Shown here: positions 40,124 to 49,290 of the stretch, one piece after another
Position numbering within the stretch: the stretch's first letter is position 1
How the letters are laid out: each line of letters starts with the position of its first letter
DNA from: Myxococcota bacterium
GTDB lineage: Bacteria > UBA10199 > JADFYH01
DNA: 64,000 nucleotides
Reading direction: 5' to 3'
Assembly: GCA_052034865.1 (NCBI GenBank)
Contig: JBPOIC010000018.1
Location: 23,394 to 87,393 of the forward strand
Notes under the pieces: generated by a model
What the model saw: only the letters and a program-made list of their open reading frames with translations
The model's database searches: none
What the model was told of the DNA's origin: nothing
Position numbers and translations under genes: made by a program

Positions 40124-43100
40124 TTACAGCGAGCAACAATCCTCCATCACCCTCTTCAAATAAGTTTCGTGTTCAAACAATTGCTTTTGATCAAAATCAA
40201 AATCATATTTCAGATTTGCCAGAACAAAATAAAGCTGGGCTTTGAGAACTGGGTGATTGAGCATTTTCGAGGCCGCCAGGCAGTAGGTTTTTATCTGAAA
40301 TTCAAAATCATGCGCCAAAATATTCAGGTTCTCTCTTCCGACATGGGTGTGGGTTTTGTAATCGATCACGACCCAATCATCGTCCAGTCGAATCAGACGA
40401 TCCATCGCTCCGCGAAGACGATAGGGTGGATAAGACAAAAGAAAGGGGATCTCGGAATAACCGTCCTCAGCCTGAAGAATTTTTCTGAAGGTTTCGTCCT
40501 CCAGTGTTCTTTGAATGGATCGAATCAGAATTTGCCTGGCATTTTCATCCAGAGCACGATCGGGCAGAAAATCATTCGATCGATCGAGCAATCGATGCAG
40601 GTCTTTCTCGCTCTTGCTTTGGCTCAGCTCATAAAGAAACTGATGGAGAAAAATTCCCTTTTCGATGGGATCGATGTTCTCGGCATTTAAAGCAGATGAA
40701 AGATCGGTTGAAGAATTCTTTTTCTGTGGACGTGCTTCGACAGGAAGAAAACTCCGATAGCGTGAAAAAAAATCTTTAGGTGAGCGGATGAAACACTCGA
40801 GCTGAGTGACGCTAAAATCGGTTTGATGCAGTCTGAAGGAATATAAATCGGCTTGTTTGGTTTTTGTTCTGTTCTCAAAATCTTCAGTCTGGGCTGAAAA
40901 TAATAGTGTACTTTCGGATGCCTCATTTTGCTCTTTTTCGGCAGCGTCCGGATTCCAGATCGGAAGCAGATGTTTTCTTAAATGATTTCTATAGCTTTCC
41001 GACTTTTCATTTTCTTCCGGTAAAAAACCAAAGATCAGCTTTTGTGTGGCGCGGGTTGTGGCGACATAAAAAACCCGACGTGCTTCTTCTTCATCCGTAA
41101 TTTTTTTTCTCACCTTCCATTCTTTTAAAATCCCTGATTCCTCTTTTTGCACCTTCAGGCCCGTGTAGGGTTTGGGAAGATAGAGTGCGGGGATTTTTTC
41201 AAGAGCCTGGGCGATGGGTAAGGAATTGTTGGAATCCCGATAGGATAAATCCGGCAAAAAAACGATTGGCAGATCGAGTCCCTTGGTTTGATGAATCGTC
41301 ATGAAGGTTACGGATGGACCGGTGTGCGAAAAATCACTGAAGGGTTTGATTCTGTCTGTTTGGGTCTGCAACATTTGAAGATAATGAAGATATTCCTCAA
41401 GGGCTCCGTGGTTTTTCGTTTCCCATTCCTGGGTGAGGTTTAGAAACTGCAGTATATTTCCTGCCTTTTCTGCAAGAAAAGATTCCGTTTCGTAAAGAGT
41501 CACAAGACCAGTGCGGTATAAAATTTCTTTTAACAAAAGATAAGGAGAGGTTTTTGCTGAAAGGGTTTTAAGCCACTCGGTAAAAGGATGGAGGGAATGC
41601 CAGGTCTCCTCCCTGTGTTTCTGAAAAGCAAAGGCCATGAGCTCTTCATCTGGAACCCCCGCGAGGGGAGAGCGCAGGATACCAATGGCTGCGAGGGCGT
41701 CGTCTGGTTTTGCAATCAGTTTCAGGGCGTGGATGAGATCAAGAATCTCCTGTCGGGCAAGAAGCGAATCCCCTTTTTGAATTCTGGAAGTAATTCCTGT
41801 TCTACGTAAGGCCTGACGATAGGTTGAAGCAGGGTTGAGGGTGCGAAAACAAAAATAAATCTCATTGGGTGAGAATCCTTCCCGGATAAGACTCTGCACT
41901 CTCAACGCCATGGCATCGGCCTCCCGCTGGCGTTTTTCTTCGGCACCTAATGTCTTTTTCGATTTTTCCCCGCGGTTTTTTTTCGATGTAATTTCTTCTT
42001 CCAGCTCTTCCACCCAAAGACGCTCAATTCCTCCTTCGTTTTTTTCGGAGTGGAGCGGGACATAATCCAGAAAAAGATTTCTGAAAAAAGAATTTACCCA
42101 ATCAATCTGACAGTTGGGGCTTCTGAAATTCTGGGTGAGATAAACGGTTTTGCCACCGCTATTTTCGATGAGTTTCTGAAAATGCTCAAAGATGTGAGGT
42201 TTGGCTCCGCGAAATCCGTAAATCGATTGTTTAGGATCTCCGACGATGGCCAGATGTTTTCCTGGCGCGATCAAAGCTTCGCTGACGTTGATCTTTTCAG
42301 CTCCATCCGCACTTTCATTTTTATCAAGCGGAAGGCCCAGCAGGAGTTTAAGCAATTTTTCCTGAGCGGCATTGGTATCCTGAAATTCATCCACCAAAAA
42401 GGCCTTCCATATTTTTTGGTAGTGAGCGCGAATGTGTGGAAAATGACTCAAAAGAAAAATGGCCTTGTCCTCAAGATCTTTAAAATCAAGTCCCTGTTTT
42501 TCTTTTTTAAGCTCGCTGTAAGTCTGAAGGGTTGATCTGAAAATCCTGTTGAGGCTTTCCCAAAGCTCTTTTTCTACCTGGGTTCCGGCTTGAGAAAGTG
42601 CATCGTCCGGAAATTCTTTCCAGTCGAGCCAGTTTTTAAGCATGGCTAAGAGCTGCTCTTTAAGATTCGACCAGCCATAGGCGCGAATCAGCGTTTTGAG
42701 ATCGTCATTTTTTTCTTTCAGAATTCTGCCCAGATTTTTTTCCAGGGCTTCATGAGAAAGCAGGGCCGCCTCATTTTCATCCATTACTTGAAAGGAGGGG
42801 TCCAGATGGATAAACAGGGCGGATTCTCTGAGTATCCGCGTCGCCAGGGAGTGCAGGGTCGTGATCGGAGAAAAAGTCAGCTCTTCAAGAATCCAGTCAA
42901 AATCCGCCGCTACCCATTTTGATGAATAACCAAACACCGCTTCAGTTCCATGAAATCTGGCCTTTTGAATCAGATCTTCAATGCGCTCGCGCAACTCGCT
43001 TGCGGCCTTGTCGGTGAAAGTGGCGGCGACTATTTCGCAGGTTTTAAATTTTTCTTTCAGAATCAGGGCAAGAAAATGAGAAGCCAGAACCTGCGTCTTT

Positions 43101-43189
43101 CCGCAGCCCGCTCCTGACAGGATACACACGGGATGATCAATATTCAGAATGGCTTCCTGCTGTTCAGGTGTTGGTTTTTTGAGTGTCAT
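40124..43189 (-). CDS. addA: ATP-dependent helicase/nuclease subunit A (AddA/RexA, UvrD-like)
   Basis: 1021 aa. Walker A ILSGAGCGKTQVL, UvrD helicase blocks, C-terminal RecB-type nuclease motif VVIDYKTH. Confidence 0.9.
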   Translation of the reverse strand: MTLKKPTPEQQEAILNIDHPVCILSGAGCGKTQVLASHFLALILKEKFKTCEIVAATFTDKAASELRERIEDLIQKARFHGTEAVFGYSSKWVAADFDWILEELTFSPITTLHSLATRILRESALFIHLDPSFQVMDENEAALLSHEALEKNLGRILKEKNDDLKTLIRAYGWSNLKEQLLAMLKNWLDWKEFPDDALSQAGTQVEKELWESLNRIFRSTLQTYSELKKEKQGLDFKDLEDKAIFLLSHFPHIRAHYQKIWKAFLVDEFQDTNAAQEKLLKLLLGLPLDKNESADGAEKINVSEALIAPGKHLAIVGDPKQSIYGFRGAKPHIFEHFQKLIENSGGKTVYLTQNFRSPNCQIDWVNSFFRNLFLDYVPLHSEKNEGGIERLWVEELEEEITSKKNRGEKSKKTLGAEEKRQREADAMALRVQSLIREGFSPNEIYFCFRTLNPASTYRQALRRTGITSRIQKGDSLLARQEILDLIHALKLIAKPDDALAAIGILRSPLAGVPDEELMAFAFQKHREETWHSLHPFTEWLKTLSAKTSPYLLLKEILYRTGLVTLYETESFLAEKAGNILQFLNLTQEWETKNHGALEEYLHYLQMLQTQTDRIKPFSDFSHTGPSVTFMTIHQTKGLDLPIVFLPDLSYRDSNNSLPIAQALEKIPALYLPKPYTGLKVQKEESGILKEWKVRKKITDEEEARRVFYVATTRATQKLIFGFLPEENEKSESYRNHLRKHLLPIWNPDAAEKEQNEASESTLLFSAQTEDFENRTKTKQADLYSFRLHQTDFSVTQLECFIRSPKDFFSRYRSFLPVEARPQKKNSSTDLSSALNAENIDPIEKGIFLHQFLYELSQSKSEKDLHRLLDRSNDFLPDRALDENARQILIRSIQRTLEDETFRKILQAEDGYSEIPFLLSYPPYRLRGAMDRLIRLDDDWVVIDYKTHTHVGRENLNILAHDFEFQIKTYCLAASKMLNHPVLKAQLYFVLANLKYDFDFDQKQLFEHETYLKRVMEDCCSL

Positions 43190-45827
43190 GGTAGCGGCAG
43201 ATGGGTTTGTAGTCGCAATACGGATCGCAAGGATCTGGCTTTGGCGAGAAATTCCCCTTCAGAATGTTTTCGTAGGCTTTTAACAGATTTGATTTTAGCT
43301 GAATAAAACAGTCCTCCCACTCCTGTTCGTCGTACCAGATCTGGGATCTCCCATTTACCAGGAGGGGATTGTCCTTTCCTTTCTGAATCAGGCCCTGATT
43401 AAATTTAAAATCCTTCAGATCAAGAAGCATTCCGCCCAGAGCCACTGATTCTTTCAGCAGGGTTTGAATCGCCAACACATACACGGGGAGCTGAATGTAT
43501 TTGCCGGTACGAATTTCGCTGTTCAGACTCTCCACCGAGCCTGTCTTGTAATCATAGACAATGAAGGATTTGCGATCTTTCGAAAAATCGATCCGATCAA
43601 CACGCCCCCGGATTTTTAAGGAAACTTTTCCCTCTCCCTTGATTTCGAGCGGGGGTTTTCCTTCCTGACCAAACGCGAATTCAAAATAGGTTGGAAAATA
43701 AGGATTCGCTGTCTGCGCCATTTTTTCCCAGAATGTTTCCAGAAGCATCTCGATCATGCGCTTCATCTTTTCACAAAAATCTTCCGACAGCATTTCATCA
43801 ATCCATGGTTTTTCCTTGAGAAACCCTTTGGTAAATTCCCGAAGCTTCGGTTCGATCTGGTGAATCAGGGGTTTGCGAAGCTCTGTCTTAAAGAGGGATT
43901 GATGGATGGACTCCTGGTTTGACTGAAAGAAAACCTCCAGAAAACGATGGACCCAATTTCCACGATCCAGATGTGAGCCCTCCGGACTTTCTTCCGGTTC
44001 GACTTTCAGATGCAAAAGATTAGAAGCAAAAAATCGAAAAGGACAGGTTTGGTAGTCCTGAAGTTGAGAAGGGGTGAAGACATGGTCCTGCATTTTATCT
44101 GAAAGGATTTTTAGATGAGAGGAATTCAGAATCTGGCCAGAGTGCGGGTGAGGAGTTTCAGAATTTTTTTGACGAAAAATTTCCATTTCGAGCCGAGCCT
44201 GAAGATCTTTAAGGTCACAGTGATGTGGATAAAGACTCGGATGATTTTCCTGATTCCATTCTTTCAGGTTAAAATCGGCCAGGAGAGAGGAGGGACTGGT
44301 TTCTTTTCCATTCATCAGGATGCTGGAGTGACTGATCAGCGTTTCATTCTCTGCGGCATCCAGAAGCTGCTGAAGGATGGCCTTCTCTGATCTACGAGTG
44401 TGGCGTGAGGGGAGCGGCAGACCCAAAAAATAATCTGGAGATTTCGGAAATGCTTCCGCATTCAATCCAAAAAGGCATGCGAATTTAAATTTTTTAAGTC
44501 CGGGCATTCGATGCGAGCGCAGGCAGATTCCATTATGTGTCATGGGGATTGAAGGAAGAGTTTGCCCCTGAGCGAGGGACGAAAGAGAGATTCTACCGAT
44601 TGCTTGCGGAAATTCGTGTTGATAAAGACGGGCTTCCTCCAAAAGATTCTTCCAACATGAGAGCGCGCGCAACTCTTGCGAGAGCATATCCGCCCAGGAT
44701 TCGTTCCTTAAATAACCCATGGCCTGCTTTTCAGAATAGAGCAGCTCCATTTCTTCCTGGCATTTCTCAAGCCCTGAAAGGGCTTCCTCCATATTCATCC
44801 CAAAACTTGAGCGAATGGGTGAAAAACAGGCTAATGGTTTTTCTACGCCTTGCGCAAATCCAATCCCCGCCTGAGAAAGAAGGGTCTCGAAATAATCCCG
44901 CCAGAATGGATTCTGAGGGAGAAAGAGTGCCATTTCAGCAGGCGCAATTCCTTCCTTCACTTTGTCTAAAATCTGCTGCACGACAAAACCCGCCTCGGCA
45001 AAGGGAGTGGGAAACTTAAGAAGTTTTGGCTTGTGAGTGCGCTCTGTTGCAGGAAGATCGGTGATGGCAGGGCCTTGAAAAACTTCCCACAGCGATAAAT
45101 CCTGAATGTTTTTTCCGTGAGGTTTCTGAAGCAGTACAATCTGTTTGAGATCTTTCAGGTGAGTGAGGGCCTGCATGGTTTTCAGAATCCAGGGCGTGAG
45201 CTCAAGAAAACCAAACCAATAGATTTTGCGAATGGGATTTAAAGTGCCTGAGTGAGAAGATGAGATCGCCCGGATCGTCTGGTGGCAGGCTTCAGCCGGA
45301 TCCATAAGCAGGGGATGGGTTTCAATTTTCTTCTGATAACGTTGAAGCAGGGCGTTACAGTCCTCGGCGAAGTCAGGGCTGAGATCATTCAGGAATGCCC
45401 CAAGATGCGCGGGCGATTTGGCCTCATTTCGAAAGGCCGTAAAAAGACGTAACAGATTTTTTCCAATCGCCTCATGAGAAAGATTTTTAAGAAGATCGCT
45501 TTTGGGATTCGGATTCAAACAGGATAACAAAATTTTTTCGTGCACCCAGCGCGGGGCCATGCGAGCCTTTGGATTTATCTGCTTGAGCTGATGTTGGATC
45601 CATTGCGGAAAGGAAAGGAGGCTCGATCCGGTGAGTACTCCTCCAAGCCTTGGGTCTTCTAATAACTCCAGGCTTAAATCCTGGGCACTCGTCATGTCAG
45701 GAGTAAGGATTAAAAAATCATCTGTCAGGTGATGGCCGATATGCTGGGTGATGATCGCATCTAGCAGGGCGCGGACGGGTTTTCTCAAATCATCGCAGGT
45801 AAGAATTTCGATGGGAGAGACGGACAC
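43164..45827 (-). CDS. addB: helicase/nuclease subunit B (AddB/RexB, PD-(D/E)XK nuclease with Fe-S staple)
   Basis: 887 aa. C-terminal nuclease motif IVYDYKTGS plus a CPFRF...CDPYCDYKPICRY four-Cys cluster. 26-nt overlap with addA. Confidence 0.85.
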   Translation of the reverse strand: MSVSPIEILTCDDLRKPVRALLDAIITQHIGHHLTDDFLILTPDMTSAQDLSLELLEDPRLGGVLTGSSLLSFPQWIQHQLKQINPKARMAPRWVHEKILLSCLNPNPKSDLLKNLSHEAIGKNLLRLFTAFRNEAKSPAHLGAFLNDLSPDFAEDCNALLQRYQKKIETHPLLMDPAEACHQTIRAISSSHSGTLNPIRKIYWFGFLELTPWILKTMQALTHLKDLKQIVLLQKPHGKNIQDLSLWEVFQGPAITDLPATERTHKPKLLKFPTPFAEAGFVVQQILDKVKEGIAPAEMALFLPQNPFWRDYFETLLSQAGIGFAQGVEKPLACFSPIRSSFGMNMEEALSGLEKCQEEMELLYSEKQAMGYLRNESWADMLSQELRALSCWKNLLEEARLYQHEFPQAIGRISLSSLAQGQTLPSIPMTHNGICLRSHRMPGLKKFKFACLFGLNAEAFPKSPDYFLGLPLPSRHTRRSEKAILQQLLDAAENETLISHSSILMNGKETSPSSLLADFNLKEWNQENHPSLYPHHCDLKDLQARLEMEIFRQKNSETPHPHSGQILNSSHLKILSDKMQDHVFTPSQLQDYQTCPFRFFASNLLHLKVEPEESPEGSHLDRGNWVHRFLEVFFQSNQESIHQSLFKTELRKPLIHQIEPKLREFTKGFLKEKPWIDEMLSEDFCEKMKRMIEMLLETFWEKMAQTANPYFPTYFEFAFGQEGKPPLEIKGEGKVSLKIRGRVDRIDFSKDRKSFIVYDYKTGSVESLNSEIRTGKYIQLPVYVLAIQTLLKESVALGGMLLDLKDFKFNQGLIQKGKDNPLLVNGRSQIWYDEQEWEDCFIQLKSNLLKAYENILKGNFSPKPDPCDPYCDYKPICRYHDTQKTNT

Positions 45828-46026
45828 GTCTATTGGGATGCCACGGGGATCTGAGGCTGTGCAATGGGAAAGTAGGGGAGGGGAAAAAACAAGAATTCAG
45901 AGTTCTGATTTCTGAATTCTTTCTCTTCACGCCTTTTCCCATTTTCTAGATATTGAACTCTTCCCCTCCTTCCTATTCGCCGGATTTTTTCTTGCCGATT
46001 GGAAATGGGTTCAGTATGGCCAGACC

Positions 46027-47205
46027 ATGCAAAACATCAGGTGGGTGCGATTGATCCTGTTCGGTTTTCTGATCCATGCGATTGGAGCGGGTGTTTTTTC
46101 CTTGCGATCCCAGGCCTCCGAATCTTCTTCTGAGTCTTCCCTCAGCTCTTCTTCAGAACTTTCTTCCGATGCATCCTCTGTCTCTTCCGCAATTTCTCAG
46201 GACCAGAATGAGAAAGCGTTAGGATCTGTTTCGTTTTCGTTAACCCCAGATTTTACTAATCATGACTTGAATTCCGTTCATGTCGGTCCTCGTGAAAAAG
46301 TAGCCCTGTGTGTCCGGCTGAATGCTTCGGATCCTCGTCTGAAGCGCGCCTTTCTCTCCCTGAAAAAAATCGATTTGGCGCTGGAGAGCTCCGGGGATCT
46401 TCCCCAAACTCTGAAAGGATCGATTGTTTCCAAAAGAGGAATCCTGGTTCCCGATGAGCAAGGGTGTTTTCGGGGTACGATAAAAATCACCGATCAAATC
46501 CTGCCAGGAAAGTATGCGCTCACCGAGCTGGACCTGGGTCTTTTGTCCAATAAATCTCTTAGTCTTAGGGAAGGGTTGAGAGAGATGGTGCTGGGGGTTT
46601 TAGAGATTGAAAATCCGGATAAAACTCTCAAGGTTCCGACGGTCAAGGCGATACAATCCAAAACATCCACGCGTCGAATGGTGGGCCAATGGGGACGACG
46701 ATTGGCCGTTAAGCCTCGCTTTAAGGTTTTGTTTTCTAATCTAAATAAACCTTTGGAATACAATAAATTACAAATTTTCTTTAAAGTTTATATTGATGAG
46801 ATTTTGGTGGATGAAATCGAGTCAAAATGCTGGTTCTCTTCTTTTTATTCGGCCCACTGTTCTCTTCTTTATGCCCGCTCTGATTCCAGTTTTAAAGGAA
46901 GACGCCTGCAGTTTGTTTTAAGTTCAGTCGCTCTTTCCGATCGGTTTGGGCATGAGCAGGAATGGACTGGGGCTGAAGAATTGTCCTCATTATCAGAGAA
47001 CGGTAAGGTTTTGTCGTATCACTACTATCCCAGTTCAAAGGTTCTCCACACCGATCCGAAACGGACGGAAGGTGAGCTTATCGAATGGCCCGAGGTTGTG
47101 CCGCTTCCGGTGCCGCCGACTCAGGAACATACGCCTGCTTTTCCCGGATCGGAAGAAACGGGATCAGACTTAACCCCGGAATCGACACCAGAAAGCAGAC
47201 CGTAA
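46027..47205 (+). CDS. hypothetical secreted protein with Ser-rich low-complexity N-terminal region
   Basis: 392 aa with signal peptide (MQNIRWVRLILFGFLIHAIGAGVFS) and an SESSSESSLSSSSELSSDASSVSS tract. The 3' end overlaps the convergent ampG-like gene by 128 nt, so the exact extent is uncertain. Confidence 0.45.
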   Translation: MQNIRWVRLILFGFLIHAIGAGVFSLRSQASESSSESSLSSSSELSSDASSVSSAISQDQNEKALGSVSFSLTPDFTNHDLNSVHVGPREKVALCVRLNASDPRLKRAFLSLKKIDLALESSGDLPQTLKGSIVSKRGILVPDEQGCFRGTIKITDQILPGKYALTELDLGLLSNKSLSLREGLREMVLGVLEIENPDKTLKVPTVKAIQSKTSTRRMVGQWGRRLAVKPRFKVLFSNLNKPLEYNKLQIFFKVYIDEILVDEIESKCWFSSFYSAHCSLLYARSDSSFKGRRLQFVLSSVALSDRFGHEQEWTGAEELSSLSENGKVLSYHYYPSSKVLHTDPKRTEGELIEWPEVVPLPVPPTQEHTPAFPGSEETGSDLTPESTPESRP

Positions 47206-48412
47206 AAAAGGCCGCATAACCAAAATGGGAAGAGAGGTAGCCGCCGATGGGGCCGGAGATCATCGGACCAAAGGCAATGATCGATGAGGTAATGGCAAAA
47301 TGCGAGGCTTTGTATTCGGACTTACAGGTACTCATCTGAAAAATAACAAAGGCCGTGGTTCCGACCCCTGCTGCAAACTGCTCTAGAGAATGAATTAGAA
47401 ATACTTTCAGGATGAAAGTGTTAACCCCTAAAAAATAAAAAGAACTCTCATCCTTCTTTCCGCTAATTGCCAGCCACGCATAGGCCAGAATCGCCAGATT
47501 CATAAACAGGGCAAGTTGCCATAAGCCCTTTTTAAGCCCTTTTCGAAAGACCCACCATCCGCCCCCAATCGAGCCTAAAATTGAAAAAATCTTTCCCGCC
47601 GTTCCGCTGATCCAACCCAGCTGAAAGGTTGTCACTCCCAAATCCATGAGAAAAGGGGTGTTCATTGAAAACAGGAGCGCATCTCCTAATTTATAGATGA
47701 GGATAAAAATCAGAATCAAAATAATGCGGTCCTGGAGAAGATAGCTTTTAAAGGCTTCCCCATATTCTCGAAGATGTTTTTTTAATTGTTCTTTCGGATC
47801 CTTTTTTAGATCGGTCGATACAGGTGGAGGTGGAGGGAGTTTGGGTAAAAAGAAGAAATTGTAAGAAAAAGCGAGGCTTAAAAGGAGAGCACAGGATAGA
47901 AAAGCATAAAACCAGCTTTGGGTTTTTCCCTGAACCATCAAAGGAATGGAAGTGCCAATCATCATGGCAACCCGATATACCGAATTTCGAAACCCTGCAT
48001 AAGCTGCCTGCATTTTGGAATCGAGGGCATCCATATAATAGCCATCGATTGCAATATCCTGAGAGGCGCTTAAAAAAGCGCAGATCACAAACCCTGTCCA
48101 CCAGGCGAATTTTGCATTTGGAATTAAAACCAAAAAGCTCAAAACAAAAAGCATCAGTACCAAATTAAACTGTAACATCATGGCCCAGCTGCGTTTTTTC
48201 CAAAAGATGTCGATGAGAGGGCTCCAGAGAAATTTGAAGGTGTAAGGAATTCCCAAAAGGGAGGTGAGTCCTACGGTGATGTTGCTGGCACCCATCTGTT
48301 TTAAAAAGGCAGGGACGACGCTGGTTCTTAAGAAAGTGAAAGGAAGACCTTCAGAAAGATATAAAAAAGTAATCCATAGAGGGGCTGGGGAAGTCGATTT
48401 TGATTTCTTCAT
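47078..48412 (-). CDS. ampG: AmpG-like MFS permease (PAT family)
   Basis: 444 aa with about 12 TM helices. N-terminal LYLSEGLPFTFLRTSVVPAFLKQMGASNITVGLTSLLGIPYTFKFLWSPLIDIF resembles the AmpG signature (KFLWSPLMD). Confidence 0.8.
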   Translation of the reverse strand: MKKSKSTSPAPLWITFLYLSEGLPFTFLRTSVVPAFLKQMGASNITVGLTSLLGIPYTFKFLWSPLIDIFWKKRSWAMMLQFNLVLMLFVLSFLVLIPNAKFAWWTGFVICAFLSASQDIAIDGYYMDALDSKMQAAYAGFRNSVYRVAMMIGTSIPLMVQGKTQSWFYAFLSCALLLSLAFSYNFFFLPKLPPPPPVSTDLKKDPKEQLKKHLREYGEAFKSYLLQDRIILILIFILIYKLGDALLFSMNTPFLMDLGVTTFQLGWISGTAGKIFSILGSIGGGWWVFRKGLKKGLWQLALFMNLAILAYAWLAISGKKDESSFYFLGVNTFILKVFLIHSLEQFAAGVGTTAFVIFQMSTCKSEYKASHFAITSSIIAFGPMISGPIGGYLSSHFGYAAFFTVCFLVSIPGLSLIPFLPIREKQAYVPESAAPEAAQPRAIR

Positions 48413-48559
48413 AAGATTTGGGGGAGATTGTTTAAATGAGAATGGAGATTCATCCGAAATAAAAACTGCCTAAAGGATAGTCAATCTTTTATCTCGAAAA
48501 TCTACCCGCACGGAATTCGCTTCATCTGTATTGGTTTTTAATTAGTCTTGCCTGTTTTA

Positions 48560-48612
48560 CATTCCCGATTGGGAGTCCTCTGTCTAATCCCGATCGGGAA
48601 TGCTCCGTCTGG
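48560..48612. promoter_or_regulatory. tandem pair of palindromic 12-mers (TCCCGATTGGGA / TCCCGATCGGGA) in the ampG / small-membrane-protein divergent region
   Basis: About 27-bp imperfect direct repeat, each unit containing a (near-)palindromic core: attcccgattgggagtcctctgtct and atcccgatcgggaatgctccgtctgg. Confidence 0.4.
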
Positions 48613-48811
48613 ATTTTTCCTCCGCCTGAAAGCTCACAACTCCTAACATTATGAAATATAATATTTTTGTATTTTTTTCTCCTGTGCAATCTGTCCACAG
48701 AACCTGTGATAAACCTGTGGATGACTCTGTGAAAAAAAACAATTAGTCTCATTCTGATGCGATCTGGAAAAGAGCTGGAACACTTTGCATAAAGATTGGG
48801 CAGGAGGTTTT

Positions 48812-49168
48812 ATGAGTACTTTGCTTTTCGGCAGAAAACGGGTGGCCATATTTCTTTCGACCTTTTTAATTCCGGGTTTGGGACAGATCTATTTGGGGAG
48901 GAAAGGGAAGGGATGGATATTGATGCTCTCCACCCTTACTGCCCTCATCGTCATGTTCGCCAAGTTCATGATGGGTATTTTATGGGCAAGTGAAAACATT
49001 AGACCTGTGCAGTTGTCGGGCGTCATGAGTTTGGAGCTGGTTCTGAAGGCTTATGAATTTTCCAAATACTGGCTTTGGGTGGGATTATTGATTCTCACTC
49101 TCACCTGGGTGGGATCTGTTTGGGATATCCTTCGTCTAAAAGATAATCCCATCGAAGAAGTTCCATGA
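48812..49168 (+). CDS. small membrane protein (TM2/PGLGQ-motif family)
   Basis: Start at the ATG 48812 with RBS aggagg. About 118 aa with three hydrophobic helices and a LIPGLGQIYLG motif. Confidence 0.5.
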   Translation: MSTLLFGRKRVAIFLSTFLIPGLGQIYLGRKGKGWILMLSTLTALIVMFAKFMMGILWASENIRPVQLSGVMSLELVLKAYEFSKYWLWVGLLILTLTWVGSVWDILRLKDNPIEEVP

Positions 49169-49290
49169 TGTAAACCAAATGTAAATTCCCTACGCTTCAT
49201 TTTACACACTACGTCCTTATTTAAACTCTCCTCAACCCACATACTGAGACTCAAAGAAGTGGTTATTCATCCTTAACCCAGGAGAGTTCT

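Noticed and set aside
48560-48612. CRISPR-like direct repeats
   Set aside because: Only two imperfect 27-bp copies, adjacent with no spacer periodicity and each internally palindromic. No cas genes are present. Interpreted as operator repeats.
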